Positions 48,602 through 63,800 of a DNA stretch of 64,000 nt are shown piece by piece. The notes beneath the pieces are model-generated. The model did no database searches and was not told where the DNA came from. It worked only from the letters and a program-made list of their open reading frames with translations. The stretch covers positions 46,230,788 through 46,294,787 of the forward strand of contig CM120640.1 in NCBI GenBank assembly GCA_051362555.1. The letters run 5' to 3'. A program made the position numbers and the translations under genes. This stretch comes from Lingula anatina (lineage: Eukaryota; Animalia; Brachiopoda). Each line of letters begins with the position of its first letter. Within the stretch, counting starts at the first letter, position 1.

Positions 48602-51599
48602 TGCATGTGAAGGTTAAATGACTGGGAATCGTTCTTGACTGTTTGGTATAGAATTACAAAATGTCGTGTAGAATACGAATGCAAATGGATATAAAGATTT
48701 AAGATATAAAGAATCCGACTTGTGGTAAAGCAAACATTCAAAAGTCCCTTTCATCATGTTTCCACTATGGTGCAACATGACATATACAAAGTGCATAAAA
48801 GTTATATAAAAGCGGCATTTCTTCTGCAAAATAACAGTAGGCCATAGCTGCCCCATTGAACTGGCCAAATTATAAAAATGTGACTGTCATTATAGTCTCA
48901 ACCGGAGCTTCGTATGTACCAGTAGTTACCGTCAATACATAATGCCAGTATGTCTGGTCTGTAAATCATCCTGGTACACGAAGTTGCTTGGCATTTTGAC
49001 CTTGTCGTTCACTTGACACACTCAAGATGAACTATGTGTCTGAGGTGTAGACGTGCTGCGATGCTTAGCTATAGGCCTATATGTACATCGTCGCCATCGC
49101 AATGCTGCCATTGTGATTTAGTGGTGTGTATTTGACCAAAAGAGGTCATTTGTTTAATATGCATTGCCGTAAACTGGCATTTGGATTTTCCTAAATAGAT
49201 ATGGCAAATGAAGTATAATTCGTTTATCACGTAGCTGAACATTTATTTATTTGGTCATTTGAGGGCAGATCGCTACACCGAGCCGTTAAAGGGACACGTT
49301 CCTTTAGAGACAACATATTTGATTTGTGAACTTACAATATGCAGTAGGTCATAAGATATCTGATACTTTTTTTAAAAAAGTAAACGTCCTAAGGTATCTC
49401 TATGTTAAAGTAGACATGCTGTTAAACTACCACGTCGAAAAAAATAGCTTATATTTATTCCTGCTCCGTAACTAAACGGGTTGATCTTCTAATATTTTGC
49501 AAAATGAAGTCGTTTTCACCTCAGGCTCTATTGGGTCCAGATCTAAGCTCTGGTGGGTTTTGTACCATCTCATTCTAAAAGGTATATGACTAAAATTGAG
49601 AAAGATGGTCGTTCAGTTATTATGAGCAGGTTATTAACGACCAGTTTATTTATGTTTATTCAAAGTAAATCAAGTAACACAAATTATGCATTTGTTTCAC
49701 TTCAAAGACATTCATGTGTACGTTCCAATATTTAAAACCTTCACACATACGGTGTTTCTTCTCGTTAATTTTCATCGCAGTATCGCAGTGTTATCTGTCA
49801 TCATCTCAAATAGGGTTCATTTGGATGGATACGACGATTGTTGAATGAAGTATTATCGTTAATCTGCGAATAAAGTTCGTTTTTAATGCCTTTTAGTTAC
49901 AAGGTCTCTACGCCATTTCTTTTTGTCTGTTACGTTCAAAGCTTTTAAGACATTTGAAATTACAGAAAATAATAATTTTATATAATAATGTTTTTCATCT
50001 TGGAAATATTATTGTAGCATTTGAAAGCGCCTATAATTATTCCGATTGTCCAATAATAAATATGCATTTACTCAATCCAGATCACGAGTGGATTGGACCT
50101 AACTGCGAAAACTACTTTAGATTTCGTCTCATTCTCAGAAAAATGACCCCGAAATATCTACTTCGAGAACCCAAGTCCCGTCCACTCTCCTTTTCTTGAC
50201 AACACATGTTTTTTTATTTTTCTTTTGTTCTTGCCTTTTTGGTCCCAACTTTTTCATGGATCCGTCAACGAAACCACACAAACAACTGGCATGCATGGGC
50301 TGTAATGACAGAAATTCTGTTTTAGATTTTTGTGGACCATTAAGAATCAAGGACCATATTTTTCCCTTTTCTGGAAAGTTTGAACCCTTCCAATATTGAT
50401 TTGCTCGAGGCCTGGAACGAACGTCTTTTAATTGTAGTGTCACGTGGCTGCTTGAAGTGCGATACATTCAAGTCCAGGTTTTAATAGAATGCTATCCTTT
50501 GGACTTTCTAAAATATGGCGTACAAGTTATCATTAGGTATGAAGTGCATTACTTTTGTGCTCAATGTTTATATTAAGATATGTAACTTTTCAAACTTAAA
50601 GTTTGTGTAAATCACACTTTTATATTTCATAAGTTATATATAACACTAAACATCAACTTTTTATCTTGCATGGTCTTGTGCATCCACAGACAATGTCACG
50701 TGTAAAAAAATCTAACAGTCTTACGAAAAATGTCATCCATTTCAAAGGGATTTTTCAAACGCTCGTGATGGGTGTCGTATATCAGCAATGCATCATTTGG
50801 TCGATGTCTTCCCATGAGGAATAATAGTACGTGTACTAGCGACTGCATCAAATGTCAATTCTTCTCTTTCAACCAGCTCATGATCTGAAAAAGTTGCAAA
50901 ATAGTTTTATGTTTATCTAAAACTGAGGACGTGATGGGAGTCACGATCAGCTAAAATGGGCCTACTCACTACTGGCTCACGTGTTATATATTTATAAATA
51001 CAATGTGTTATATCAATTATAACCAGTCCTGTCCCCAAGTGCCCTTTAAGAAAACTCACAAAAATGTAATGATACTAACCATTAACCACAGACGTGTAAA
51101 CCACCTTTTCTGACATTGTTTCTTCCTACAATGGCGTGTCCGATCCTAATAACAGAAATAGCCCAGACGGACTGAACGGCAGGACCTAGGGCTTGAAAAA
51201 TGGTGGAAATTTCACGTTAAAACGATGATCTGAGTCCGATTCAACGATCTCGTGTGAACGATTCTTTAAAAAATTATGAGCTTATACAGACTTGACATTA
51301 AATATGGAATATTTAAGTTTCGAAGGTATGCCTAGGTAAAAATGCGTTCTTTTTTTAAAGAAATCCGATCTCATATAAGATATGTGAATGGAAAAGTGTG
51401 TTGTCAGGTGTGTCTCTACTAATTAACTGACTACCATGTTTATTGCACTGCTGAATTGTGTAATATGCAATGATTTAATTGGGTAGTGCTCCTTTGGACT
51501 GGTCCAAGCTTAGGTGTGCCAAAGCATGCTTCTATCAAAAAAGTATCCATATGTCGGTAACTACTGCATAAAATAATTGGAAATTTTGCATGTTTTGCA

Positions 51600-52620
51600 T
51601 TGCGTAAAATGAACTGAGTGGTGTTTTAAAAATGCTTTATCTGTGGTAGAATGGTGCTAAAAAGAAAGACGTGAGACAGATTATTGCGTCAAACAGAACG
51701 GTCCGCATAGTTTTATGGAGTAATGCCCAGACTGATGTACCTACACAGAAGCCATACCCAATGTATCAAAATCATGCCACCAGGGTACAGGACTCACTGT
51801 CTTTCGGGATATGCTGCTGCAATTAAACAAAAACCACCCAGTCCGTTCAGAATGAGGGGTAAATTGCTCTCAAAACGCGTTTTTCAAGGCCCTTAGCGAA
51901 CAACAAACTTGTTTTAGCAGGTAAGAATACCAGACGACCTCCGGGGAACCTACTGTAAACGGCAAAACAGCGTCGTCTGTTTCTTTAATGAATTGGGGAC
52001 CATGACAGTTTCTGGGTAAAACACTGAAACCGCGTGGCTTTCTTTACTGAGGTCAGATTTCACCTGTACCGCTCAATTAGTCAAAACAAAGTTTACAGAC
52101 ATCCAGAAGAGGCCTATGATGAAGAGTGTGCCAAGTCTAAAGTGACTACGGTCATTGACAGCGTCAGTATCTGGACTGGATACCACATTGGTGTCAAAAC
52201 ACCAATAGTAGTCATCAATGAAAACCTGAACCAGATCAAATAAAGGAATTATCTGGGAACCACTTGACTATCATTTTATAGAGGGGCACCTTAGGAACAA
52301 TTTCAGGTAGCACGGTGAGAGTGCCGGATCACACAGAGCACTTTTAATAGCAGATAACTTACAGCACCAGCAGAATGAGCAGCTACCTTGGTCATCAACA
52401 TCGCCAAATTTGAACCACATAGACAATATGTGGGTGGGCCATTACTAGCCGAATCAACGGCCTACATGTCGTGCAACAAAACTGAACCAAATTGGACAAG
52501 TTTTGGTCAATGCCTGGAATGTTATTCCAGATTGAACTCTAAAAACCTATCCCAAGAAATGCCTAGCCGCTTCAGAGACCTGGTAGCAGCTAGAAGAAGT
52601 CAGGCGTAGCAGCGACAGTT
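51600..52620 (+). pseudogene. Decayed Tc1-family (DDE) transposase
   Basis: FFTEVRFHL...KVYRHPEEAYDEEC...SVSIWTGYHIGVKTPIVVINENLN matches the Tc1 motif FTDE.RF.L...V.R...E.Y...C...SVMVWG; PWSSTSPNLNHIDNMW corresponds to WP..SPDLNPIENLW. Frameshifts and stops are present; TIRs were not resolved. Confidence 0.8.
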
Positions 52621-55600
52621 GCTGTGACTAGACACTGACATGAGGGTCCTTTGTGGGGCGTGTTACTCTTTTACAGACGTTCATTTGTAAAATATGGAGA
52701 TTCAAAATACCAATTTTAATGGTTGTTGTATGACATGTTTTTCTGTTTGCTTCACTGGCGAATTCAATTAAGGAACTGATGCCACAATTACATCAAAGAG
52801 GTCAATTAAAGTTATTAAAACACGATTTTAATCCCTATTTTTATTTATCAGTCAGCTAAATAGGAAAAATTTGATGAAAAGTGATTCGAAAAAAAATCGA
52901 TATTAAAGGTCAAGTCTGTAACTTTGCAGCATGGCATAGGCCCTATATTTTTCTGAATCCAAAACTATCCCGAGTCTACACATTTCAATGTTACACTATG
53001 CAAACATCTGTGACGGGACGGGAGCAAGGATTTTGACTAAAAGGGATAAGTTTTGTCAATTAATACAGTACAGCTCAAATACATGTATATCAAAATAGCC
53101 GTTAAAGTTTACCACATGGACATTAAATCAAGCTTTTTTTTTTAGGAAAACGATTGCTGATTACTTGGAAGACAAGGGGAAGAATTATAGAAGCACTAAA
53201 CCCCCTGCCCTTAGACTGACACGAAAGCTCTGTTTCCACTTTAAATCTAGGGGGAAAAAAACAACCTACAAGAAATCATCTGTACAACATATCAATTCAC
53301 TGGTTCAAAATGATAATGTTATAAATACATTGTATAATAAAGCAAGGTCACCTGTTTCTTCTGGACGTCCGTAATTGTTTCCTATTTACCTTTGAGTAAT
53401 GTGCGGGAACAAGCTTTTCAGTTTGAGTTGCCGTGTCTTCTAATCTGCGCATAAATGACTGCATTTACACGAACACTTGTTTATTCTTCTTTGCCCGCAA
53501 AACTATTCACGTGTCTGTATTGACACGTGTATTTTCACTGTCAGTCATTGATCATTTAACAATGTTCTGCGAATTCTGACAACAGTTGTGTTAAAATGGT
53601 TACGGCTTCACAATCGGTTGTCCGTTTTTAGTTAACACATCTAATTCGAACCGAAGCTACGTTTCATTAGTTATATGAATTTTTACTTACAAACCTTGGA
53701 GGCAATGGGTTAATGTACTGGTGAAAAGAGCTTTTGGGTGAACAGAAACTACAATCACAACCTTATTCACAGGGACCTGTGCAGGAACAATTTTAGAAAG
53801 AGACGAAAAATAATTAATGAAATATTTTTGTCCTGTACAGTAACATATAACCATTAGAAGGGCATGATGGTCAAGGCAAATCTCTTACTAATATCACTGT
53901 CATAACAATGCGTATTGACACCTGGAGTAAATGTTAGTCCATATAGTATATATTAAGCAGGTGTTCTCTTAACCAGTTGTAAATCTAATTTTTTTTTTCA
54001 TGTCGAAAGTAAGAGTCATGTTTTAAATTATTTTGGGTAGATTCCATTGTCCTGTATGTGAAAATGATATCATTGTAAATGGCAACATTTGTATTTTATT
54101 CGTTCGTTGCGCAATTATGACATCTGTAAGTTATTTGTTTTAAGAAGTAATACAAACTGTATGGCCTGACGTATCTACTGGTAAATATCTACTGGTAAAT
54201 ATATCCAGAAATCTGAACATTGGACCGACGACAAAGACATGCGACGTGGTTCCTTGTCCTTTCTATTTGACGAACTCTAAAATAACAAGGTCATGTAAAA
54301 AAGTAACATTGATAACACAATAACAATGCCTAACGCAGTTTACCTACGCTCACGTGCCGCCTTTCGTAATCGATCCTGCCTTTGTGTTGTTGTAAATTAC
54401 TTGTCTGTTTTCTGTAAATTTAACACCGTTGCATGTTTTGAAAAGAATTGACTGATGTTTTTATTGTGTGCCTTCTCAACACCTACTAAGCGTTGGCAAG
54501 ATTTAAACGTAAGAAAAACCGATTCTTGGCCTTTTCATATAGGTAACATAGTTAAGAAACTTTGGTCATTGAATGTAAATCCTGTCATTAGCAAAAAAGG
54601 TGTTTGGTTCGTGTTTAGTCTCCGTGCTCCATGCAAGCTATACGCCCAGTAAAAAATTAATGGCGTTTTAACTTTGTAAGAGTAGCAAAATAGTATAATG
54701 TATAAATAAAGATATATTACTTATCTATACTTTAATTATAGACATATAAGACTCAAACGCAACATACTCAAACGCAAAAGAAATATATTGTATCTTCTAA
54801 AATGACAGAACAATGAGCGATACACCTATACTACAAATTATCTAGCTTTGAAATAAAACTCCTATTACATCGGTCTGAACTAGTTAACATTTCTAATATA
54901 TGATGATCAGAAGGTTGTATTTTTTGTTTTCACCTTTGTTAGTGATGTACAAAAAAACTTAAACTAGCAAAGCATTTGCTCAAATGTATCAGAGGCTATA
55001 CTGTCATCAAGAGAAAAATGCCTTTGAGAACAAATTGTTCCATTTTTTATATCAGGATAACAAAAGTTAATGTTTTGTGATTTATTACTTATTATTTAAT
55101 TTAGTTGTATGTTTACTTTTGGTACTTAGTTTTATTTTAATATCAGCAAAATTGTTTAAGAAATTACGGTATAATAATGATAAAGCCATCAGATTTAGAT
55201 GTTTTTCGAATTTATATAAGGCAGATTAGAATCCACCAAAAAGTACTGGTTTTGTTTTCAACAACATAGATATTGTATAAGATATCAATTAAATTATCAT
55301 CATCATTTTCTAAATGTTTTTTTTTTGCAGAAAAATTACTTGGAAATAGAGGAGCACTGCAAATGGCACCCAAATTTGATAATGGTTATAGTATCTCGTT
55401 TCCTGTTTTGATGTCTGAAACCCAGACCTAATTACTACACGCACGCAGCCAGCAACTTGTTAACAACAATACCAAGCTTAGTGTGGTCAGGGATCCTTAA
55501 CCTTGAAAGATGAAGAGTCCATACGATATTTCATAATAATCTGTTCTTGTCCCATTTCCCTCATAAAGATGGAGTAGGGCCCAAAAAGTGACAAAGCGAA

Positions 55601-57766
55601 ACTATGACAAGATGGGACATAGCTTTTAATGCTTATCGTTTTCGGCACTTCGCTTACAGGTATATCACTAAGAGCTCGTGCAAGAAGGAGCAGACGCATG
55701 TACGTAGAAGGGGTGGTCTCTAGCCTTGGTGTATTTCACCTTCCATACAGGGTATAAGCGCACCCTATGTACATTCTGAGTCATATGCAAGGACGTTTTT
55801 TCTAAACAAAACAATTACCTGTGCTACTCTAGCCAAAAACAAACAAACAATTTATCATTACCACACGTGAGCAATTGTGAAAGGCGGCACGTGACCATAG
55901 ATAAGCCTGCTGTCGTTGGTATATCGATGGTATTGATGCTGTTGCCATTGCCTGTATTTTGAAATTTAGGGCTCATTGCCAATGAAACTATCGTTCTACG
56001 TTTTTCGATCCAACTCCACGAGGACTCTCACTGAATACAATCAGTTTAACAGATTAACATGCCTCCCCTTGTTCAAATGTATCTTTATAAAAAACCCAGT
56101 ATTCTACGAAACGCCAGGAGGAGAAAGAGCCCTTCTTAATTTTTATGCCTTGACAGCTGCACATATTTAAAAACTGAAGAGGCCTATATGAAGATTTTAA
56201 AAATTCTCTTAAAGAGCTGGATATAATCAGATTATGTACTAGATGTATCAAGCAATAAAGACGAATTCCATCAAACTATGTGAGCGAGAAAAAATATATC
56301 CTGCTGACGCAAGGAGCAGGTTTTGTGATGTTCTAAGAAGGGAGGAGTCTAGAGATATGTTCTCCTCTTACAAATGCCTTTGATAGTCATTTCAAGGCAG
56401 TAGATACGTGCAAAGAAGCATTTTTAAGTGGTGCCATTTAAAGGAGACAGAAGTATCGGTTATGCCTATTTACACTTGATTTCTGCTGAATTTAGATCAA
56501 CAAATTCAATCCATGATTCAACTATATGCCATGGGTGATCAGATGGGTATGAGTCTGTGATGATTCCTGATCAGAACAAATAATGTAATCTTGGACACAA
56601 TTTAATTCATTGTTCTACACACTTTCCAGGTATTAATGTTAAAGTTATCCAAATCTAGGGATGTCTCGTGTCTGTTTTATCTATTAAGCGATTAGAAACC
56701 GCAATAGACTACAACTCAAGCGTGACGAACTAATAAACAGAGTAGACATATGGGTGTAAACAACGTCGCCCTGTCGTCAGTTCATTATCAGATTTCAATT
56801 GCGTTTCAGGCAGAGCGTGTTTTCAAAAATAAGTTAAAACCCTTCCAACTTTTCCATCTTCGAGATAAGACATCTTGATACCGCCTCTCAGCTCTCAGCT
56901 CTCTCTCGTGTGTCACGTGTCGCGTGTATGTGTGTCAAAAATACAATTGTACTCTTGTAAAATCAAGGTTTAGACACCAACCTAGCAATTACAGCAATTT
57001 TGTATCGAATTCCAGGTCTTATGATTTTAATCTAGTAGAAGCAAAATACCAATTTGATTACTTGCACCAGCGTTGCCTTTGCCTTTTTCTTGCGAAAATA
57101 TCGATTTATGAAACATAAACGAAAACATCCGGACCTTAATGTCAAGCTAAAAATAGCACGTGTCTAGAAATAAATACATCCCCGTAACCTATGATACCAT
57201 ACCATCTTAAACTTTTTTACAACTATCCCTAGAAAAAGTTGCTATCACAGCATGAATTTGACAAAGCACCAGGAGAACACTCGTCTAAAAATTCGTTCAG
57301 GTGATTTAATTATGAAGCGCAGAAATTGTGGACTTTTCTCCAGCCTACTACTTTGCAAGTCTTTTTTTATCGTTCTTTTACCTTATTTTAGTGTGTCCCG
57401 CTGCCCAATCACATAATAATAATATTGTGCACTTGTTCATCTATTTTGGTGTGTACCTGTAGAAGTAGCCGTCTGGGGTAGTATATCTTGACGCCTTCCC
57501 AGCCATTCAGTCTAAGTGTTTACTGACTTTCCTAGTATTCAGTATAATAAGTGCACCAGCGTCAGAATAAGTCTTCAGTGTATAAGTCTTCAGAATAAAA
57601 AAGCTTTGAAATGAAATATTAAAATTAAGAGAGATCGGTGGTTTTTTTCCGCTTGAATATTGCAGAAATAAACATTGACTTGTTATGACATAATGCCGTA
57701 TCATCAAAACGTATCGGGGTGAATTAGATAACCTGATGATGCAATGCGTTTTATTATTTATTACGC

Positions 57767-57810
57767 GTGTGTGTGTGTGTGTGTGTGTGCGTGTGTGTGT
57801 GTGTGTGTGT
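57767..57810. repeat. (GT)n microsatellite
   Basis: Directly visible. Confidence 0.95.
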
Positions 57811-60800
57811 TGGGGGGAGGGGAGAGGTGAAGACTGTAATACCGATTTCAAATAGATATCCTTCACCTGTACGGCCAACATCGCCGTTTCGACGCCTATT
57901 TAAGCACAAAATAAGTACTACAATCCAGTGCCTGATAATTTTCTTTAAAGGTTTATTCCTGTTTTTATTAGTAAGAAGGTGAAATAATGACTTTGTTTAA
58001 TGGAACATTGAGATTAGGGGCTCCTATGCCGTAAACAAGACAATTTAAAAACAAATTGTGGTCACCAGATTGTGGTTCACACCTTTGTCGTCAACCATGC
58101 CAATTTTCATGGTCACATTTTACTCAGACCCGAATTTACGTTAGAAACTAATCATTATCCCACACCAATTTACAAGACAGCGAAGTTGACGTGTGATCAC
58201 CCTATGTGCAGAAGTGTTTGGGGTGGTGCATAAAGCAACCAAAGGAGGCCGTAATCTAGTACTGCAATTTTTACTGCATTAAGATAAGTATTTAACATAA
58301 AAGCAACGGGGGAAAAAAGCTAATTTGCCAAATAAAAGACTACACCAATAGAAGCACCAATTTGAACAAATGGTATTTTTACCTAAAAACGAAAATTTTC
58401 GGAAATATGAACGACACCATCAGTTAAAATTTTATAGATGGGCATGGTGATTTCAGCCCTCATTCGTATCAAAACCATCAGAACGCACTAAAAGTTGTAG
58501 AACATATGAAGTAGACCCCCTATACATGTAGTTGTATCCAAACCCTTAATATGAGTGTTCCGCCAAAGTGACAGAAATCAGAATTGACAAGTCTTGTTTC
58601 CTTTTTTTACGTGCGGTCCTACTATAAAAATCCTACTAATGGAAAGTAATTGAGACGGTGGTTTCAAAAATTAACCCAACGAATACAACACTTAGGATCC
58701 ACTCATGCCATACATTCGGCGTAATTTGATGTCAGCATTCGTTATATACGTGTAGAAAGCTGTAGAAGGCTCTTATTTGATGGTTAATATTGCGACGAAA
58801 GAACGGAAATGCACCATGATATTCCGATAAAATTGCCTAAGGGGAAGCAGATGCGACATGTCTAGATAGAAAAGAATCGTCAATATCGATTTTGACACAA
58901 AAACCCCTCAAAGCCTCTTACATTAACTAGAAGTCTGCCCACGCTCAAAAGTCAAATATTAGTTATGAGTCTTATTTTATACACAATAATGACTGTAATC
59001 TTGAGAAAGGGTGCCTTGTTTTCCAACGGCACACTTGACGGTTTTCTCATGTCTGGATACGTGAAACGGAAAACTAGATAACAGACACAATGGCTACATG
59101 TAAATAACTGGTGATTGCATTTCGTCAATAGCAAGTAATATTACAGGTATATGTAGTTTCTGAATAATTTGTGTCAACACACCATGGAACTTTTTTCGCA
59201 TTTTCACTGGTGTTGCTCTTATGGAAAATAGACACCACCATTCAAATTGAATTTAAGGCGTGATTTTGCACGTCATACGATGCTTAGCGTTTTAAATCCA
59301 TCACACCCACCAGGCACTTGAACTTAAATTAATCAGTACATATTTTAATATTTAAAAATACAAAAGTGACGGAACATCGCGTGCTTAAAAACCAGGTCCC
59401 AGGGGTTGCTTTAAAAGTAACAGGACTTGTATCTGACGAAGCTCAAAAATAAATTATTGTTCTTCAATCCCTAAAATTCTCAACACATAAAAGAATTAGA
59501 AGAATTAGAAGAAATGCAATAAGTGATATAAACTTAAAAGAGAAGAACATGTTGGTGTCTTCCGTCGGTATTTTAACCAGCAGTTTAGTCAGAGAGATCT
59601 CCCTTAGCTGAGGTGTATGCGGTTGAAGGGAAGGAAGTTCTCACCATGCACTTATCAAAGGCCAGGGGGGATTGACGCTCTCATCAATCAAGGAAGCAAT
59701 TGCCTCATTCAAATTTTACGAGCACTGGAAATAAGAGCACTTATTGGCGTCTCTGCAATTTAATAGAATATTGCATTCTCACACAAGCTTTCTATAAGTT
59801 TTTCCATAGCACTCGCAAGGTGCAATTTGAGTGTTAACAAATGATATTTTCAGAATGGGATTTTATCATAAAGAACTATTTGTCATGGTCTAGGTGCGCG
59901 TTTTTGATATGGTGAAGCAAAGTACTCGTCATTTCCGAGTTGATTATGGCTTTATGCTGCTTAAATTGGTTTCTCGGCCAATGAAAGCATGGCATTTCGC
60001 CTTCTAGAGACAATCAAACACCAAATCAACAGAAAATGGCAGTTTTTCACACTTCTGATGCGCCCTCTTGCCATTATTATAAGCTTTGCTCTCCAGGCAC
60101 CTTGTGTTGGCTTTTGCGTAATTGCAAGTCGGTTGGGCAGACAAACAACATAACTTCTCGTAAACAGATACCACACTGAAACAGTAATCAGATTTATATT
60201 TATAAGCACATCCGCACTTTAGATTATCTACTATATGCAGTCGTAATCTTTAATGCAAACAGAGATTCAGTTTTTCTTTCAAGACATGTTTGCAATTGTA
60301 CATACATGTAGGCCTGCCTGTATGCAAGTGTTAAGGATGACTGATACACTATCATATCTGGTTATATTTACAAGTTGCACTTTTTACGACAATTCATTTT
60401 ATTTTTATATTGTTTAGTAAACTCACAGAGATAACTGTCAGCCACTAGCTTAACGGGTATTCCTTCACTTCCATTTGCCTTTTTTCTTTTCCTCCATGCA
60501 ATTATTTTGGAGAGAGGTAGTTGTTAAAGTCATTAAACAGATGTAAGCTATGTTAAACATGTCTGTAAAAACCATAGTGGTTTTGATATTTATTTACATT
60601 GAGAACTATTAGATTTTCGCAAACTTCATTATGAGAGTTATCTCTGTAGATTATTCAAAATATCCGAAAATTTTAAATCAAACTATACCCAATCAGTCAA
60701 GTAAAACCTAGCTCAGCATTTAAAGGGACGCACACACGTACTGGTAGCAAGCAGATGTTTTCTTGCTCTCCGCGATTTCCTGTTTTAAGCATATCGGTCT

Positions 60801-63800
60801 AAGGGTCTTGACTGGTGTTTATTCGAAATGAATCTTACAAGTCATTGAACGTGGATTGATATCCGGACAATGTAGGATTTATTATATGATCTACGATAAT
60901 GGTAAATACATGTATATCTTAATTATCATAACGGTGACGAAATTTACAATCGACATTTTCACTCATGTGTATCCGTTTTCAAGTGTTTCAAGGGGCATAA
61001 AAAGGTCAAATCGACCTTAAATTAGCAGGTCATGATGGTTCTCAATAATGGACACATTAGAATTAAAAGTGGAGCAAAGTAACTGAAAGAAAGCTTCATT
61101 AATTTCCACAGATACTCTTTGTTAGTAGTCTATTAGGTTAACAACTCTTCGTATGAGATCCATATTTCACAATAAATACATTGTAAACAAGGCATACAAG
61201 TATAATAAATTCTATTTATACCACCAAATCGGCGATTATCGCAATCATTCTGGAATCTGACCACGTGACCTCCATAGATTTCTACCCTCTGTAATAATCT
61301 CTTAAGAGATTTTTATGTCCCTTGAAACACTTGATATCTCTTAACAGATTAAAGCGCTAAAACGAAGAAAAAAGAAAAAAAAGAAAAAAGAAAAAAGCAG
61401 GGACTAGCTTTGAATGTTGGAATAGATTCATTAACCATTGGTAAGTGTGGGAAAATTTTTTGGCCAAAATGAATAGTTGTTATCCCTTTAAAGTAAACTA
61501 GTTGCAATGGGTTTTCCATTACCACTATTTTGTCAAAGTAACCCGTTCGAGCTGTAAGTTGATGCGATTTTAATATTGTGTTCAGTGCACAATTACATTG
61601 TTTACTCTTCCTCTCACGTCCCGTTGCGAATATCTTTACCGCCAGTACAAAGAGTCGCTCCTCTGAGAATTCAAATAAATGTTACTGGTTTGTAACGTTA
61701 GGGAGTGCAGAACTATACAAAGTGCTCTTATGAGCTGAGACGAATGCTTTTAACACGCTCGCCTTTATTCGCTGTTTTGGCCATATCATAATTTGGAAGT
61801 TCTGTCATGATTATGAGACGGTGTATGGTTTGCCGTTTTTCATTTTGTTCTGCTTTCCTTGTAAATATTCAAATCTTATTTTGGTCCTGACCATTTGCAT
61901 TGCTTCAAACGCAAAAAATCAGTATGTAGCCTGCATTGAATATAATACGGCATCAGCAAGTCTTAAAGAATCATGACCACGGGGAATTAATTTTGAAACA
62001 AACTACCATATGAGATATCCGCTAAAAGCCTCCTTAACATCTGAAAGAGAGCCAACATTCAGTAACTATATCTTAATAGCTCCTATTCGTCGTCCTTTCA
62101 GCCACTCTTAAAGTTAAAAGCCAAAGACATGCAGTTTCATGGAAAAAGGTATAAGAGGCGCCTATACACAGGTACTTAACTGTGCTTATGACTCACTCTT
62201 GTAGGCAGATCCTTAATCAAATCCAATAGAACGTATCTTCGTTCCAAGAATATATAACTCAAATAAGGACGCTAAGCTTTATCGCAAGCAGTCAGATTCA
62301 AAAGTAATGTGCCGTAGCATCACACCGAGCTTGGATTAACCATTGATGCGGTGTTCAATAGATTCTAGAGTACATGCCGTGGTTGTACAGGAAACGAATG
62401 AGAAGAAAAAGGTGGGTGCCTAAGAAATTATTCAAGAATGCTAGGTCTGCCAAAACATTTAGATAACGCAAAATTCTACACGAGCAAGCTTGCGTTAGTA
62501 TTTAAAATAGCATCATCACCAATCTGAATATTTTCTGACGTATGGATGAACCTGGTATGAAAAATGTGAGAGGAACCTTGCCATTAAGGCATTGTAATTA
62601 TTTTCCAGTAACAGATCTAAAAAAACCGCAACAATTCGTATTGACTTACATGTAGCATAGTCCCCTGTATTTGTCACGACATACGAACCCTCAGCATTTA
62701 CAGTTTTTGTTTTTAACAATGCGTAACCGGATATTAAAAGTTTAGGTAAAGGTATGCTTTCTTGTCATTTAACTAGGTAGCATTATTGTTTCGTTTTACA
62801 AGCACTTAGGCTAATAATGAATTATAGGAAATACTCTGAAGCTGTCATTCCTTACTTGTGTATACAAGTGAGTACGTAATGTGGGGTTCCGTGCACTGCT
62901 CACCTATAAGAGAGTGCCAATGTTGTCACAAATCACATTTTTAACAAATCAGACATTTCCTGCTCAGATGACATTTGTAAATGGTGAATGTTTTGTAAAA
63001 GGAAAGGTCAAATTACGGAAGCATGAAAGGGTCACTAGCAAACCTGAGTATTATGGGTATCAAGTTTACACCTGGTGACCACTCAAACTTGACCCACTTC
63101 AGTGGTCATTAAAAATTAATCAATCAGTTGTAACCCTTATACCCTTCCGTTTTAAATGGCGTATATGTTGTATTTAATCGTTTACAAACGTTGTTTTTGT
63201 TGGATCTGTAAACATGGTTGGTGCATATATAACATGTAAAGACTAGTAGGGATTTTGATTATTCAGTTTATCACCCAGCAAATTAATACAGTTGGGAACA
63301 TAGTCTGAATGAAAAGTCCAGGGGATGCGAGTCCCTATACGTACACGTAGATATTCAATGATCGTCATTAAGGAAACCTACATACAGGTAAACAGCTCTA
63401 ATCAGAAATAGTGTAAGGGCAGCTCTGCTCAATGGGAATTTATTGTATAATAAAGTGCTTTTTACGTCTTTAGGGCATTAAATAACATGCATGTCATTTG
63501 TACTGTCATAACAAATATAATGCATTGTGATAGGTAATGTATTTACTTTTTGTACAATCCTAAATTGATGAAATGGCAGCGTTCAATCTGTCATTACACG
63601 TCTTGCAGAAATCCTTTTAAACAGCTACAATAAATTATCAAATGATTGTACACAGGCATTTTACTAGGTTATATTTCACAATGGGTCTTGGAAACAGTTG
63701 TATGTTGTTATCTGTCGCAAATTCATTACGGTATTCATCATATCAAATGTTTATAAAAATGCTTCTATCCCTTAATACTAAGTGTATAGTTTCGGCACAA

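Noticed and set aside
50855-50884. In-frame TGA (MSWLKEKN*HLMQ) as selenocysteine
   Set aside because: No redox motif context and no SECIS element that I could identify.
50441-57162. CACGTG sites as a yeast-like Pho4 regulon for VTC
   Set aside because: Pho4 is fungal and the sites lie downstream of the gene; other bHLH factors are more plausible.
57507-57982. ORFs spanning the (GT)n tract
   Set aside because: Microsatellite-derived low complexity with no splice or homology support.
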